Origin: Nitrospirota bacterium
GTDB lineage: Bacteria; Nitrospirota; Nitrospiria; Nitrospirales; Nitrospiraceae
Direction: 5' to 3'
Assembly: GCA_963701855.1 (NCBI GenBank)
Contig: CAVPBK010000009.1
Span: 64,001 to 128,000, forward strand
DNA length: 64,000 nucleotides
Positions 31,198-40,270 of the stretch are shown piece by piece. A program made the position numbers and the translations under genes. The notes under the pieces were generated by a model, which saw only the letters and a program-made list of their open reading frames with translations, made no database searches and was not told the origin of the DNA. Positions within the stretch are counted from its first letter, which is position 1; every line of letters starts with the position of its first letter.

Positions 31198-32118
31198 TTA
31201 TCGGGATGTTCTTCGCGATTCTTGAGAGCTGGAGGCCTGACTTCGTTCATAGACGGGAGGCTGGCTCCGATACGTGGCTGGAGGCTGTACCGCGAGGGGA
31301 ATATCATTTGGAAGAGGACTTGCCTCTTGCTTCACTCCCCCTTGATGAGCGCCAAACATCTCCAGGGCGGTGCGCGGCTCAGCCTTCTCGACCGGCTCTG
31401 GGATCGAGTTTCGTTCCTGGACGACGATCTCGACCCGACGGTTCTTCGCCCGATTCTCGGGCGTCAGATTGTCCGTGAGGGAATGTGAGTCGGCATGACC
31501 CACCGCAGTGAGGTGATTGGACTGCACGCCATATTCTTCGGAAAGCGTTCGTACTACCGTCACAGCACGTGCGGCAGACAGCTCCCAATTAGACGGAAAT
31601 TGCGCTGTGGCGATCGGCACATTGTCGGTGTGCCCTTCGACACGCACATGACGATCCAGCTCAATCAGCACCTCACCAATCGCCTCTATGAATGGACGGG
31701 CCTCGGGCCGAAGGGCGGATTGCCCGGTGCGAAATAACACCGTGTCCGGCAGCGTCAACACGATATCTCCATTTGTGAGTTCCTTCAGCTGAATAATCTC
31801 TAAATGTGTTTCATTCTTGAGGGAACGCATGATCTGACGGAGGCGCCGAACCGCCGGTTCCTTTGCCTCTTCAATGGTCGGCTTCAGCGACAAGGCTTTT
31901 TCCTTCCCAATTGTGAAGGGCGTCAGGGTGTTCGGGGGGCTGACAAGAGGATTGAGCGCAGCTTTAATCGAATCGCTTACCGTTCGAAACTTGCCCTCGT
32001 TCACGGACGAGATCGAATACATCACAACAAAAAAGGCAAAGAGCAGCGTGATGAAGTCCGCATAGGACACAAGCCAGCGTTCGTGGTTTTCTTGTTCCTC
32101 GTGTTTTTTCTTGGCCAT
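31198..32118 (-). CDS. motB: Flagellar stator MotB (OmpA-like)
   Basis: WLVSYADFITLLFAFF, EGHTDN, SNWELSAARA, NRRVEI. Confidence 0.93.
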   Translation of the reverse strand: MAKKKHEEQENHERWLVSYADFITLLFAFFVVMYSISSVNEGKFRTVSDSIKAALNPLVSPPNTLTPFTIGKEKALSLKPTIEEAKEPAVRRLRQIMRSLKNETHLEIIQLKELTNGDIVLTLPDTVLFRTGQSALRPEARPFIEAIGEVLIELDRHVRVEGHTDNVPIATAQFPSNWELSAARAVTVVRTLSEEYGVQSNHLTAVGHADSHSLTDNLTPENRAKNRRVEIVVQERNSIPEPVEKAEPRTALEMFGAHQGGVKQEASPLPNDIPLAVQPPATYRSQPPVYERSQASSSQESRRTSR

Positions 32119-32180
32119 AGCTATAGAAGGGATAGAAGTCTAAAATCCGTTATCCCGTTGCTTCCTTGCCCCCGTTACCC

Positions 32181-32951
32181 CTATTTTTTCTCTTCTTTCG
32201 TTCGTTCCGATTCCGGCAGATAGCCTTCCAGTTTTTCCTGCAAGAGGCGCGGGTTTTCGCCTTGCGCCAACCCTACGAGCCCCATAATGATCATCATGCG
32301 CGAAGCCGCTTCTTCCTTCAGCTTGAATTTCATCTTGCCGGCAAGAGGAAGAAACAACAGGTTGGCCGCGCCAACTCCGTAAACGGTGGCCACAAATGCG
32401 ACGGCGATGCCGCTGCCGAGCTTAGAAGGATCAGCCAGATTCTCCATAACGTGAATCAGGCCGAGTACCGCACCGATAATCCCGACGGTCGGCGCATAAC
32501 CACCTGCAGCCTCCCAAACCTTAGCCGCCTTAATCCCTTCTTCCTCTTGATATTCGACATCGATCTCCATAATCTCGTGGACCACCTTCGGGTCTGTCCC
32601 ATCCACGATTAATTGCACGCCCTTCCTAAAAAACGGATCGTGGATATCTTTGAGCCTGCCCTCGAGCGCGAGCAACCCTTGCTTGCGGGACACATTGGCC
32701 AAATCGATGATCGTTGTGATGGTTCCCTTGTTGTCATGCTTCGGGTCCATGATGCCGAGAGTCAGCAAGGAAATCCCTTTTAGCACGACCGACAGCGGAT
32801 TCTGAACGCACACGGCTCCAATGGTTCCGCCCATCACGATGACGAAGGCCGTGAGCTGCACGATCGATCCGAGATGGCCACCTTCAAGAGCCTGACCACC
32901 AACGATTGACCCGAGTGCGAGGACAATTCCAACGATTGTTGCGATATCCAA
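32181..32951 (-). CDS. motA: Flagellar stator MotA
   Basis: RKQGLLALE, GGYAPTVGIIGAVLGL, AFVATVYG. Confidence 0.93.
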   Translation of the reverse strand: MDIATIVGIVLALGSIVGGQALEGGHLGSIVQLTAFVIVMGGTIGAVCVQNPLSVVLKGISLLTLGIMDPKHDNKGTITTIIDLANVSRKQGLLALEGRLKDIHDPFFRKGVQLIVDGTDPKVVHEIMEIDVEYQEEEGIKAAKVWEAAGGYAPTVGIIGAVLGLIHVMENLADPSKLGSGIAVAFVATVYGVGAANLLFLPLAGKMKFKLKEEAASRMMIIMGLVGLAQGENPRLLQEKLEGYLPESERTKEEKK

Positions 32952-33073
32952 TTTGTTCTAGATCCCGTTCATTTTGCTTTGTCTTGTTTATTTGGTTGAA
33001 CGAAACTATCCTGATGAACCAAATCGATCAGAAAAACTAAACAAGCCAGATAAACCAGATAGACCAGCGAGGG

Positions 33074-33661
33074 CTATTTGAATCCAAATTCTGACAGCAA
33101 TTCGTCCGCCAGATCCTGCTTGATCGCGGTGGACTTGGATGCTTCCAGCTGCCGAAGCATTTCACCAGCCTTCCCTTGGGCATCTGGCGCGGCGCCCTCA
33201 TGCTTCAGACCGAACACGACGACCAGCTCCACGAGCTTGCACTGGACGTCTTCGACGATGGTCACAAGTTTCTTCACCCGTTGAGCGACGAGATCCTGAA
33301 ACGACAGAGCCGTCATAATGTCCATCAAATGCTTGTCGTCCTGCGCCAACTCGTTAGCGGTCTTTTCTAGACGCGATGCGAGCTTCTGACAATCGACTGC
33401 TTCCAATGTCGATACTACTGCGGCCAGTTCTTTAGCGGCGCGGGCGCGATTATCCTGAATAATCTCGGTCAAGCGCATGACCTCCAGCGTGCCCTCTTCC
33501 GTCATCTGATTCAGATCGAGCAGATGGGCCGCCGCTTGAGGTAGCTGCGCGCTATTGGCCAACATCGGGGCTCCGATCTCAGACATTTTTCGCATGGCCG
33601 TTTCGAGATAACGGGCCAGCTCACCGAGTTCGTCGTACAGTTTGACATTGCCATTTAGCAC
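33074..33661 (-). CDS. cheZ: CheZ-family phosphatase
   Basis: LSFQDLVAQRVKK, C-terminal QDLADELLSEFGF; GTG start after GAGGAGG. Confidence 0.8.
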   Translation of the reverse strand: MLNGNVKLYDELGELARYLETAMRKMSEIGAPMLANSAQLPQAAAHLLDLNQMTEEGTLEVMRLTEIIQDNRARAAKELAAVVSTLEAVDCQKLASRLEKTANELAQDDKHLMDIMTALSFQDLVAQRVKKLVTIVEDVQCKLVELVVVFGLKHEGAAPDAQGKAGEMLRQLEASKSTAIKQDLADELLSEFGFK

Positions 33662-33763
33662 GGCAGCCTCCTCGATCGCGCAGTAGATGCTGATCAACCC
33701 GGTCTATCTGGTCTGTCTCGTTTATTTTGGTAAACTAAACCAACCAGATAGACCGAGCTTGTT

Positions 33764-34144
33764 TTACTTGAAAATTTTGTTCATTTTTTCCTGTAACACT
33801 TCGGCGGTAAACGGCTTCACAATGTAATTACTCACACCCGCTTGAATCGCTTCGACAAGATTTTCCTTCTGTGCCTCCGCCGTAACCATCAAGACAGGGA
33901 TGGGCTTCAACTTGTCATCGGCACGAACAGCCCGCAACAGCTCGATGCCACTCATGACAGGCATGTTCCAATCAGAAATGATAAATCCAAATGATTCAGC
34001 CCTAAGCTTGACGAGCGCCTCTTGGCCATTTTCTGCCTCTTCGACATTCGCAAAGCCAAGTTGTTTCATGATGTTTTTCAAAATCCTTCGCATGGTAGAC
34101 ATGTCATCCACGACGAGAATTTTCATGTTCGGATCGGCCGGCAT
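33764..34144 (-). CDS. cheY: Chemotaxis response regulator CheY
   Basis: [36 protein letters not shown]. Confidence 0.95.
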   Translation of the reverse strand: MPADPNMKILVVDDMSTMRRILKNIMKQLGFANVEEAENGQEALVKLRAESFGFIISDWNMPVMSGIELLRAVRADDKLKPIPVLMVTAEAQKENLVEAIQAGVSNYIVKPFTAEVLQEKMNKIFK

Positions 34145-34415
34145 GATTGGAGCCTCCTTATAATTCTGGACCTTGGCACGTAAGGCGCATCTCGTTATTC
34201 GCGCGAGACATGCGTGACTTGCGAGAAAAGCGTGACTGGTGAGGCGGGCTGAAGGCTGAGATGTTCGGATCTTCGAAACCAGCACTCAGAACCCAGAGCT
34301 CAACGCTTCGTTTCCCGCCTGTCTCGCAAGTCCTGCTTGTCTTGCTACAATCCACCGACGGCGCACGTCGTCGCTCATTCCAAACAGGCGACCATCTCAG
34401 AGAAAGATATAGTCG

Positions 34416-34646
34416 TTAGCTCTGATGGGAGCGGCTGTGCATCCATTCACGAATGTCGTGACGGAGAAAGCGCCAATGCTTCCCGATCTTTGACGCCGGC
34501 AATTCTCCGACCCTAGCGAGCTTATATACGGTAGACTTGGGCACCCGAAGAAAACGGGCTACCTCCAAGACCGTCAAAATCTCGCCGTCCGTTGATGGCG
34601 TTCCGTTCGGTTGAAATATTGTTGATGCAGAAATTGTGTTGTTCAT
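34416..34646 (-). CDS. Excisionase-like HTH_17 DNA-binding protein
   Basis: ILTVLEVARFLRVPKSTVYKLA...KIGKHWRF. Confidence 0.88.
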   Translation of the reverse strand: MNNTISASTIFQPNGTPSTDGEILTVLEVARFLRVPKSTVYKLARVGELPASKIGKHWRFLRHDIREWMHSRSHQS

Positions 34647-34656
34647 TGTGAATGGA

Positions 34657-34684
34657 ATATCGGCGCCACCGACAGAAAACTTAA
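34657..34684 (-). promoter_or_regulatory. Putative sigma28 promoter
   Basis: TTAAG-N15-GCCGATAT just upstream of the HTH gene. Confidence 0.75.
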
Positions 34685-34956
34685 GTCATTGCAAGTGAGT
34701 GGGATGGTGAGATGAGGGATACAGGCTAAAGACCGAAGGCTGAAGTGTTCGGCTCTTCGAACACCAGCCCTCAGCCTTCGAATTTCAGTCTATACAGTAC
34801 GGTTGATCATCAACCGGCAGGAAGCTGCCTTAACGGTTAGCAACAGGGATTTCGACCGCCGTGAAGCGTGAGAAGAGAGGGATGGGCAAGATGAATGCGG
34901 TTGGCTGAATACTGAAGTGTTCGGATTTTAACCTCAGACCTTCAGTCTTACCCGCA

Positions 34957-35442
34957 TTACTTAGGCTGCTGCACGACAGCCGCATACCATCCATGTCTGT
35001 CATATTCCTGGTGGCCAAGAGTCTTTGCAAACGCGATCATCTCCTGGTCGTTATTACATAATGGCCTTTTTGTCGGCCCTTATGTTCACGCATGAACGGC
35101 AAGAGGATTTCATTATTGTCGGATGCTGCAATAATGCGCATATTCTGATCCAGTCCGAAAATCGTTCACATTCATTTTCGGTAAACTGCCCCTGCAATGC
35201 GCTCGTATTCGCACGTATGGCGCCCAGTTCTTTAGATGCATTAGCCGCTTGCATGGCCAGGTTTTCACCTCGGAAGCCACCAAAGCAAACCCTTTGCCGG
35301 CATCACCAGCTCGCGCCGCTTCGATAGTTGCGTTGAGGGCAAGAAGATTGACTTGACTTGTTATTCTTTGATTCACAAACATATGCTCTTCAAACCGTTT
35401 TTCTATGATGCCTATGATGTCTTTGATATTCAGACTGCTCAT
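34957..35442 (-). pseudogene. Degraded soluble MCP-like gene
   Basis: [31 protein letters not shown], then a frameshift; later AFAKTLGHQEYDRHGWYAAVVQQPK*; too short for a full receptor and visibly AT-richer than its flanks. Confidence 0.75.
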
Positions 35443-35582
35443 GCTTATACCCTCTGTTAGAAAGTTTCTAGTTCTACGTTTCTAATTTCAGGTTCGCATT
35501 GGAATTTCCGCAATCCAAAACGGACAATTTGAAACTAGAAACTCAAACTACCTGACGCATCACGCTTCACCAGTGCCCGGAA

Positions 35583-36191
35583 CTAGCCAGTTTGCTTGCG
35601 TCGAGTGCGCAACCGTTCGGCCTGTGCCTGAATAATGTGCCGGATCAGGTGTTCTTGATCGCCCGGAGTGAGCTGGATAAATTCCGTCGCAATGTCAAAA
35701 TTGATGCCGTCTTTGGCTTGGATCGATCGAATCACTCGCGCCGTCGTGTGAATAGGTATAAAGGGCGGCAGAATTATTTTAAGCTTCAGCGTGTCGTCGA
35801 TGGCAAAATGACGCGGCGAAAGAAACCCAATGCCGCCCCCGCTCAACGTCACATCGGCAACTTGTGCGATCGCGATTCCTTCCGGCTGCATTTTCGCAAG
35901 CTGCTTCACGATGATTTCCAACAGCCAGTCCACTTTCATAATCCAGGGAAGGAGCGAAGATTCCGCCAGCTGTTCACCGCTACGGAGCAATAAGTCCGAT
36001 GTCGGCTTGGCGATGACAGCGGAAACTGCCTCGTCGCTTGCTGACGGAATGCCTGGCGTGGGTCCCTCCGCCGGGTCGGTCAGTAGTCGGTACTCGAGGA
36101 GCACTCGATCGTCGATTCGAATCCACTCACGTCGCTCGTCCGACAAGCTTTTGGCCGCTTTGATTGATGGTGGCAACATGGTTGTATTCAT
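35583..36191 (-). CDS. PilZ domain protein
   Basis: ERREWIRI and VTLSGGGIGF motifs. Confidence 0.85.
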   Translation of the reverse strand: MNTTMLPPSIKAAKSLSDERREWIRIDDRVLLEYRLLTDPAEGPTPGIPSASDEAVSAVIAKPTSDLLLRSGEQLAESSLLPWIMKVDWLLEIIVKQLAKMQPEGIAIAQVADVTLSGGGIGFLSPRHFAIDDTLKLKIILPPFIPIHTTARVIRSIQAKDGINFDIATEFIQLTPGDQEHLIRHIIQAQAERLRTRRKQTG

Positions 36192-36283
36192 TACCTACGA
36201 AGTCCGTTGTTTGGTTTGTCTGGTCTGTCGGGTTTTTTGGTTGAACGAAACTAACCAAAGAAACCAAATAAACTTGGCTCCAT

Positions 36284-37456
36284 TTATGCCGCCAGAGTCA
36301 AGACGGCTGATTCGACCGGTAACGCCTGATCCGGCACGTGGACCGCCACACGGTTTCTTCCAAGGGCTTTGGCGTCGTACAGCGCCGAGTCGGCCGCCGC
36401 AATCCAGTCGAACACGGAGCGAATGGTCACGTCAGGGATGTGGGCGATGCCGATGCTGGCAGTCATCCGCACGCTCCCTTCGCCCGCTTCAAATGCCCGA
36501 CATTCAATCTGCCGGCGCAGCCGCTCTGCCAATACCAGTGCTCGAGCAAGATCGGTATGGGGAAGGACGACCCCGAATTCTTCCCCGCCATATCGACCGA
36601 TCGCATCGATATCGCGCACTGCCCTTCGCATTAAGGCCGCCATACTCGTGAGCACCTGATCCCCTGCGAGATGGCCGAGCTGGTCATTGACCACCTTGAA
36701 ATAGTCCAAGTCCACAAGAAGAAAGCAAGCAGATGCGCTGTAGCGAGAACCTGCTCTAAACTCACGCGCAAGAACCTCCTCAAGCGCCCGGCGATTTAGC
36801 ATTCCGGTTAAGCTGTCTCGCAAGGCCAGTTCTTGGATCTGCCTATGGGTATCGGCATTCCGGAATGCCAATGAGAGCGACGTCCCCACGGTCGACAAGA
36901 CATGGAAATCAGCTTCGGTAAACGTGCCCTGCCTGCGTTCGAGATGAAGCAATCCTTGTTTATCTTGGGTGATGGTCAATGGGATTGTCATGGTGTGACG
37001 GTCTTCTCCTAGGATGGGAAAAGATGATAGTGGCGTGCAGTCTTCCCCCGACACAACCCCAGCCTGGGCCAGGTGCAGGGACTGTCGGACATGCGCCACA
37101 GGATTGGCACCTTCAGGAAAACGACGGAGCAACCGCTCTCGAACCTGTATTTCCTCACGGTTGAAGACTGGCGAGCGAGACCAGGTCTTGACCCGATGCG
37201 GCTCTGTACGGACAAGCCCAATAATGTCCAAAGGAATGAGAGTGGCGAGTCCGGTGAAAAGAGACTTAACGATGGTTTCGCTGTCCAGCGAGCCGGTCAA
37301 TACTTGTGTCAGATGATTGAGAGCCAAAAGATTCCGGCTCCATTGTTTGAGCGCGTCGCGCTCGCCGGCGAGCAGATCGTTTGATTGCGCGAGTTCCTGT
37401 GAAAGATTGCGCACGGCGCGGAGTTCAGCTTCGAATTTGGACGTCCTGTCCTTCAT
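36284..37456 (-). CDS. Diguanylate cyclase (GAF-like + GGDEF)
   Basis: DSLTGMLNRR, DLDYFKVVND, I-site RDID, GRYGGEEF. Confidence 0.93.
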   Translation of the reverse strand: MKDRTSKFEAELRAVRNLSQELAQSNDLLAGERDALKQWSRNLLALNHLTQVLTGSLDSETIVKSLFTGLATLIPLDIIGLVRTEPHRVKTWSRSPVFNREEIQVRERLLRRFPEGANPVAHVRQSLHLAQAGVVSGEDCTPLSSFPILGEDRHTMTIPLTITQDKQGLLHLERRQGTFTEADFHVLSTVGTSLSLAFRNADTHRQIQELALRDSLTGMLNRRALEEVLAREFRAGSRYSASACFLLVDLDYFKVVNDQLGHLAGDQVLTSMAALMRRAVRDIDAIGRYGGEEFGVVLPHTDLARALVLAERLRRQIECRAFEAGEGSVRMTASIGIAHIPDVTIRSVFDWIAAADSALYDAKALGRNRVAVHVPDQALPVESAVLTLAA

Positions 37457-37656
37457 GATATTTGAAAATCCTTGCGCTATCTGTTAGTTATGCGCATAAC
37501 ATTATTTATTAGATGAGTATGTATGCATGTGCTCTTTCCGTTGGGAAAACGAAATCTGATTCTCTCCCTGATGCCAGACTTGATCAGCGTACTAAACCCG
37601 CTACCTTCCTTCGCCATGACTACAGAAAGTTGTCCTCGCCTTTCGGGGAAGAAAAA

Positions 37657-37986
37657 TTATGCCAGTTGGTCCATGAGAGGGCGCTCTTTTTCACTCAGCC
37701 CCTGCCAGGACCGTAACCCCAGAAGATTCCGCCGGACCTTGGCTGTCTCGATCAGCAACGATTCGACCGCCGCACGTGCATTCACAAGTCGCGCTGCAAC
37801 CTCCAGGTCCAACGCTGTCAAATCTGTCGCGAGCGCCGGAGGTATCGGTTGGTCCCGGAGATGCATTCCCCGCAGCCGGTAGCACTCTCTAACCTTATCC
37901 CACAGTCCGAGCACCGCAGCCTGCCTGGCCTGTTCCGTCACATTGCGCAAGTCCCGCTCCCAGATTGTCTCGCTCGATGGGCTCAT
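37657..37986 (-). CDS. Hypothetical protein, FliT-like by position and size
   Basis: 109-aa helical ORF directly after fliS. Confidence 0.55.
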   Translation of the reverse strand: MSPSSETIWERDLRNVTEQARQAAVLGLWDKVRECYRLRGMHLRDQPIPPALATDLTALDLEVAARLVNARAAVESLLIETAKVRRNLLGLRSWQGLSEKERPLMDQLA

Positions 37987-37987
37987 C

Positions 37988-38398
37988 CTAGCCTCGCGAC
38001 AAGGACATCAGCTGGTTCTGCTGCTGAGCCACAATGTGCCAGGCTCCGCGCATTTCCTTCAGGCATCGTAGCGGGCCGTCGAGATGGCGGGCATCGTTGT
38101 GCAGGTTGGCCTGCGTCATCTCCGAGAGCATGTAGTCGTAGAGACGATACAGCGACGTTGCGATCTCACCGCCTCGCTCGAAGTCAAGGACGCTGGATAG
38201 TTCACTGACAATGCCCACGGCTCGCCCCAGAAACCGAGCCTTGTCAGGCTGATGCTGTCGGGTCATCCCGTCACTCGCGAGTTCGATCGCCTGAATGGCG
38301 GAATCGTACAGCAGAACAATGAGTTGGACGCCAGAGGCGGTCAACACCTGCGTGTGTCGATAGTGGGTAACGGCAGCTGTGGGTGATAAAGTGTTCAT
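37988..38398 (-). CDS. fliS: Flagellin chaperone FliS
   Basis: LIVLLYD, LDFERGGEIA, LYDYM. Confidence 0.93.
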   Translation of the reverse strand: MNTLSPTAAVTHYRHTQVLTASGVQLIVLLYDSAIQAIELASDGMTRQHQPDKARFLGRAVGIVSELSSVLDFERGGEIATSLYRLYDYMLSEMTQANLHNDARHLDGPLRCLKEMRGAWHIVAQQQNQLMSLSRG

Positions 38399-39795
38399 TG
38401 TTTTCCCAGTGTGGTTAGAAAGTTGGTCTGCCCTTGCAGCTGGCTCAGTAAGCTGTCGAGTTGTGCATACTGGATCTTGAGTCGTTCTTCATAGGCTGAT
38501 ATGGCCGTTTCTTTCCTACTAATCTGGTCTGTCAGACTATTGATTTGACTGGTGAGTGTATTCTTGCGGCCCGTGAGCGAGCCTGAGACGACGTCATCGA
38601 TCGCATCAATGGCCTGGCTGACGCGCTGGGCGACACCGGTCGCGGTACCCTGGTTGCTGAAGAGCGATTTGACAGCGCTGTAGTTGGTGCTCAATGCGCT
38701 AGTGAGCTTGGCATTATCCAAAGTAATCGTGCCGTCACGATTGGTTTGAAACCCGATCTCACCTACCGACCCAAAGGGGGTCAGCCCGCCGACAGAGCCG
38801 GAGAGCGCCTGTCGGATTTGAGACAGGAACCCTTTCACGCTGGTCTCATTGTACAAAATCGCCCCTGTTTTGGTCGTCACGTCGTAGGCCGTTTCCTTGC
38901 CCACGAAGGTCACAATGTCGTTATAGGCCTTCACAAAATTCTGGATGTTAGCCGCCACCGCGCTGTTATCTGGCGTCACATTGACGGAGACTGCGCTGGT
39001 TCCTGTTGTTTTGGTGAGCGACAGAGTGACGCCTGGAATCGCGTCCGTGATCACGTTGCTGCTACGGTGCAAGGTGACAGGGTTCTGTGTCGGGTCGCCC
39101 AAGATGGCGATGGCGTCCTGCGCAGCCTGCAAGGTATCGACGCCTCCACTGCCGCTGCCGTTGGCAAAATCCAATGTGGTACCGTCGGCCACGACTGTCA
39201 CGCCATTGCTGGCTCCCGAAGCGGTGGCCGTGAGAATCAAGCGATAGGCCGGCGTGGTCTCACTGCCTGCATTCACAATCGACGCGGTCACCCCGGTGCC
39301 TAAGTCGTTAATCCCCGTTCTCAGGTCTTCAATGGTGGCCGAATCACCTAATGTGACAGTCTGGTCGGGTCCTGATCCTGCGCGGAAGGTAAACGTGCCC
39401 GACGCGCCGTTGACGATATCCGTGGAGAGGCTGGCAACGGCTGTGGCCGCCTTGTTGGTGATCTGATGCGACTGCGCCAATTGCGTCACCTGGACGAGAT
39501 AGGACCCTGCTGAGGCAGTCGATGCTGCAGTGGCGGTCAAGGTGGTCGGATCTGAAACAGTCGCGGTCGCTTGATCGAAGGCGGTCGGCAATGCCAAGGA
39601 GGCTGCTGCCGTTTGCAAGGCCAGGAGTTTGTCGTTCACCGCTCCGTAGTCCGTCAGTTTGGACTGCAACGCCGCTTTGTCCTGATTGAGTTGATCGATG
39701 GGTTGATGTTCGATCGCGACCAGTTGAGTGATTACCTGACTAAAGTCTACGCCGTTCCCCAATCCCCCAAACGAAATCGATGATGAAGATGCCAT
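38395..39795 (-). CDS. fliD: Flagellar filament cap FliD
   Basis: GLGNGVD, VTQLAQ, AAQDA, IPGVTLSL; flaG-fliD-fliS order. Confidence 0.93.
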   Translation of the reverse strand: MASSSSISFGGLGNGVDFSQVITQLVAIEHQPIDQLNQDKAALQSKLTDYGAVNDKLLALQTAAASLALPTAFDQATATVSDPTTLTATAASTASAGSYLVQVTQLAQSHQITNKAATAVASLSTDIVNGASGTFTFRAGSGPDQTVTLGDSATIEDLRTGINDLGTGVTASIVNAGSETTPAYRLILTATASGASNGVTVVADGTTLDFANGSGSGGVDTLQAAQDAIAILGDPTQNPVTLHRSSNVITDAIPGVTLSLTKTTGTSAVSVNVTPDNSAVAANIQNFVKAYNDIVTFVGKETAYDVTTKTGAILYNETSVKGFLSQIRQALSGSVGGLTPFGSVGEIGFQTNRDGTITLDNAKLTSALSTNYSAVKSLFSNQGTATGVAQRVSQAIDAIDDVVSGSLTGRKNTLTSQINSLTDQISRKETAISAYEERLKIQYAQLDSLLSQLQGQTNFLTTLGKQ

Positions 39796-39812
39796 AGCCT
39801 CAGCTCACTTGT

Positions 39813-40172
39813 TTACGCATGTTTACGGACCAAGATACCCTTCGGTTCATCGAGATGCTTGGCCAGGTCTAGAAGTTCCTGCGTTGGAATCTGGCGAATG
39901 ATCTCTCCGGATTCCCCGTTGCGAATCTTGACCACCGCCTTGTGCAAATCAGGATCGATCTCGATCTCCAGGCTGGACGTGGTTCCACGAAGCACGTCCT
40001 TAATGCGAGCCGCTGCCTGCTCCACCTGGTCCCTCGTCGGCGTCGATACTGGAGTAGCCGCCCTGGGGTCGGCTTCCACCTTGCGGTCCTCCTCGCGAAC
40101 GGGCTTCGCAGCATTCTCTGGCTGGCACTGAGGAAAATCATAACCTTGAGGCGGTCGAATGTTTTGGACCAT
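39813..40172 (-). CDS. flaG: FlaG protein
   Basis: GEIIRQIPTQE motif, between fliC and fliD. Confidence 0.9.
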   Translation of the reverse strand: MVQNIRPPQGYDFPQCQPENAAKPVREEDRKVEADPRAATPVSTPTRDQVEQAAARIKDVLRGTTSSLEIEIDPDLHKAVVKIRNGESGEIIRQIPTQELLDLAKHLDEPKGILVRKHA

Positions 40173-40216
40173 AGATGCCTCCCTGGATGCCGTGCTCCCT
40201 CATCGTCCGCCGGAGG

Positions 40217-40241
40217 CCCAGCCGCCGGTGAGGCGGCTGGG
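40217..40241 (-). terminator. GC-rich hairpin after fliC (terminator or mRNA stabiliser)
   Basis: CCCAGCCGCC-GGTGA-GGCGGCTGGG, 10-bp perfect stem, no U-tract. Confidence 0.5.
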
Positions 40242-40270
40242 TGATGGCTCCGGTGGAGCGATGTGTCGAT

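Larger units (their letters stand above)
15337..34948. repeat. Dispersed heptamer element (family B; GCTGAAG/CTTCAGC arms, GTTCGGATCTTCGAA-like core)
   Basis: Copies at ~15337-15387, 16996-17044, 26884-26925, 34247-34302, 34724-34791, 34902-34948. Confidence 0.7.
23563..35550. repeat. Dispersed heptamer element (family C; AGTTTC/GAAACT arms)
   Basis: Copies at ~23563-23630, 26518-26592 and 35462-35550; the first two share GACAACATGAAAC in inverted orientation. Confidence 0.7.
8077..36277. repeat. Dispersed palindromic 9-mer element (family A), 9 intergenic copies
   Basis: (TCTGGTYTR)n - centre - (AACCAGATA-like)n at ~8077-8159, 9558-9642, 12029-12096, 17428-17512, 20548-20600, 27472-27529, 32971-33068, 33700-33757, 36207-36277. 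Confidence 0.8.

Noticed and set aside
33764..34285. N-terminal extensions in the ORF track for CheY, CheB, CheA, MCP, the binding protein and the REC-PAS protein
   Set aside because: The extensions run through intergenic repeat DNA or neighbouring genes; downstream starts match domain boundaries and RBSs.
34416..34646. Prophage or ICE marker
   Set aside because: No integrase, att-flanked tRNA or phage genes nearby.
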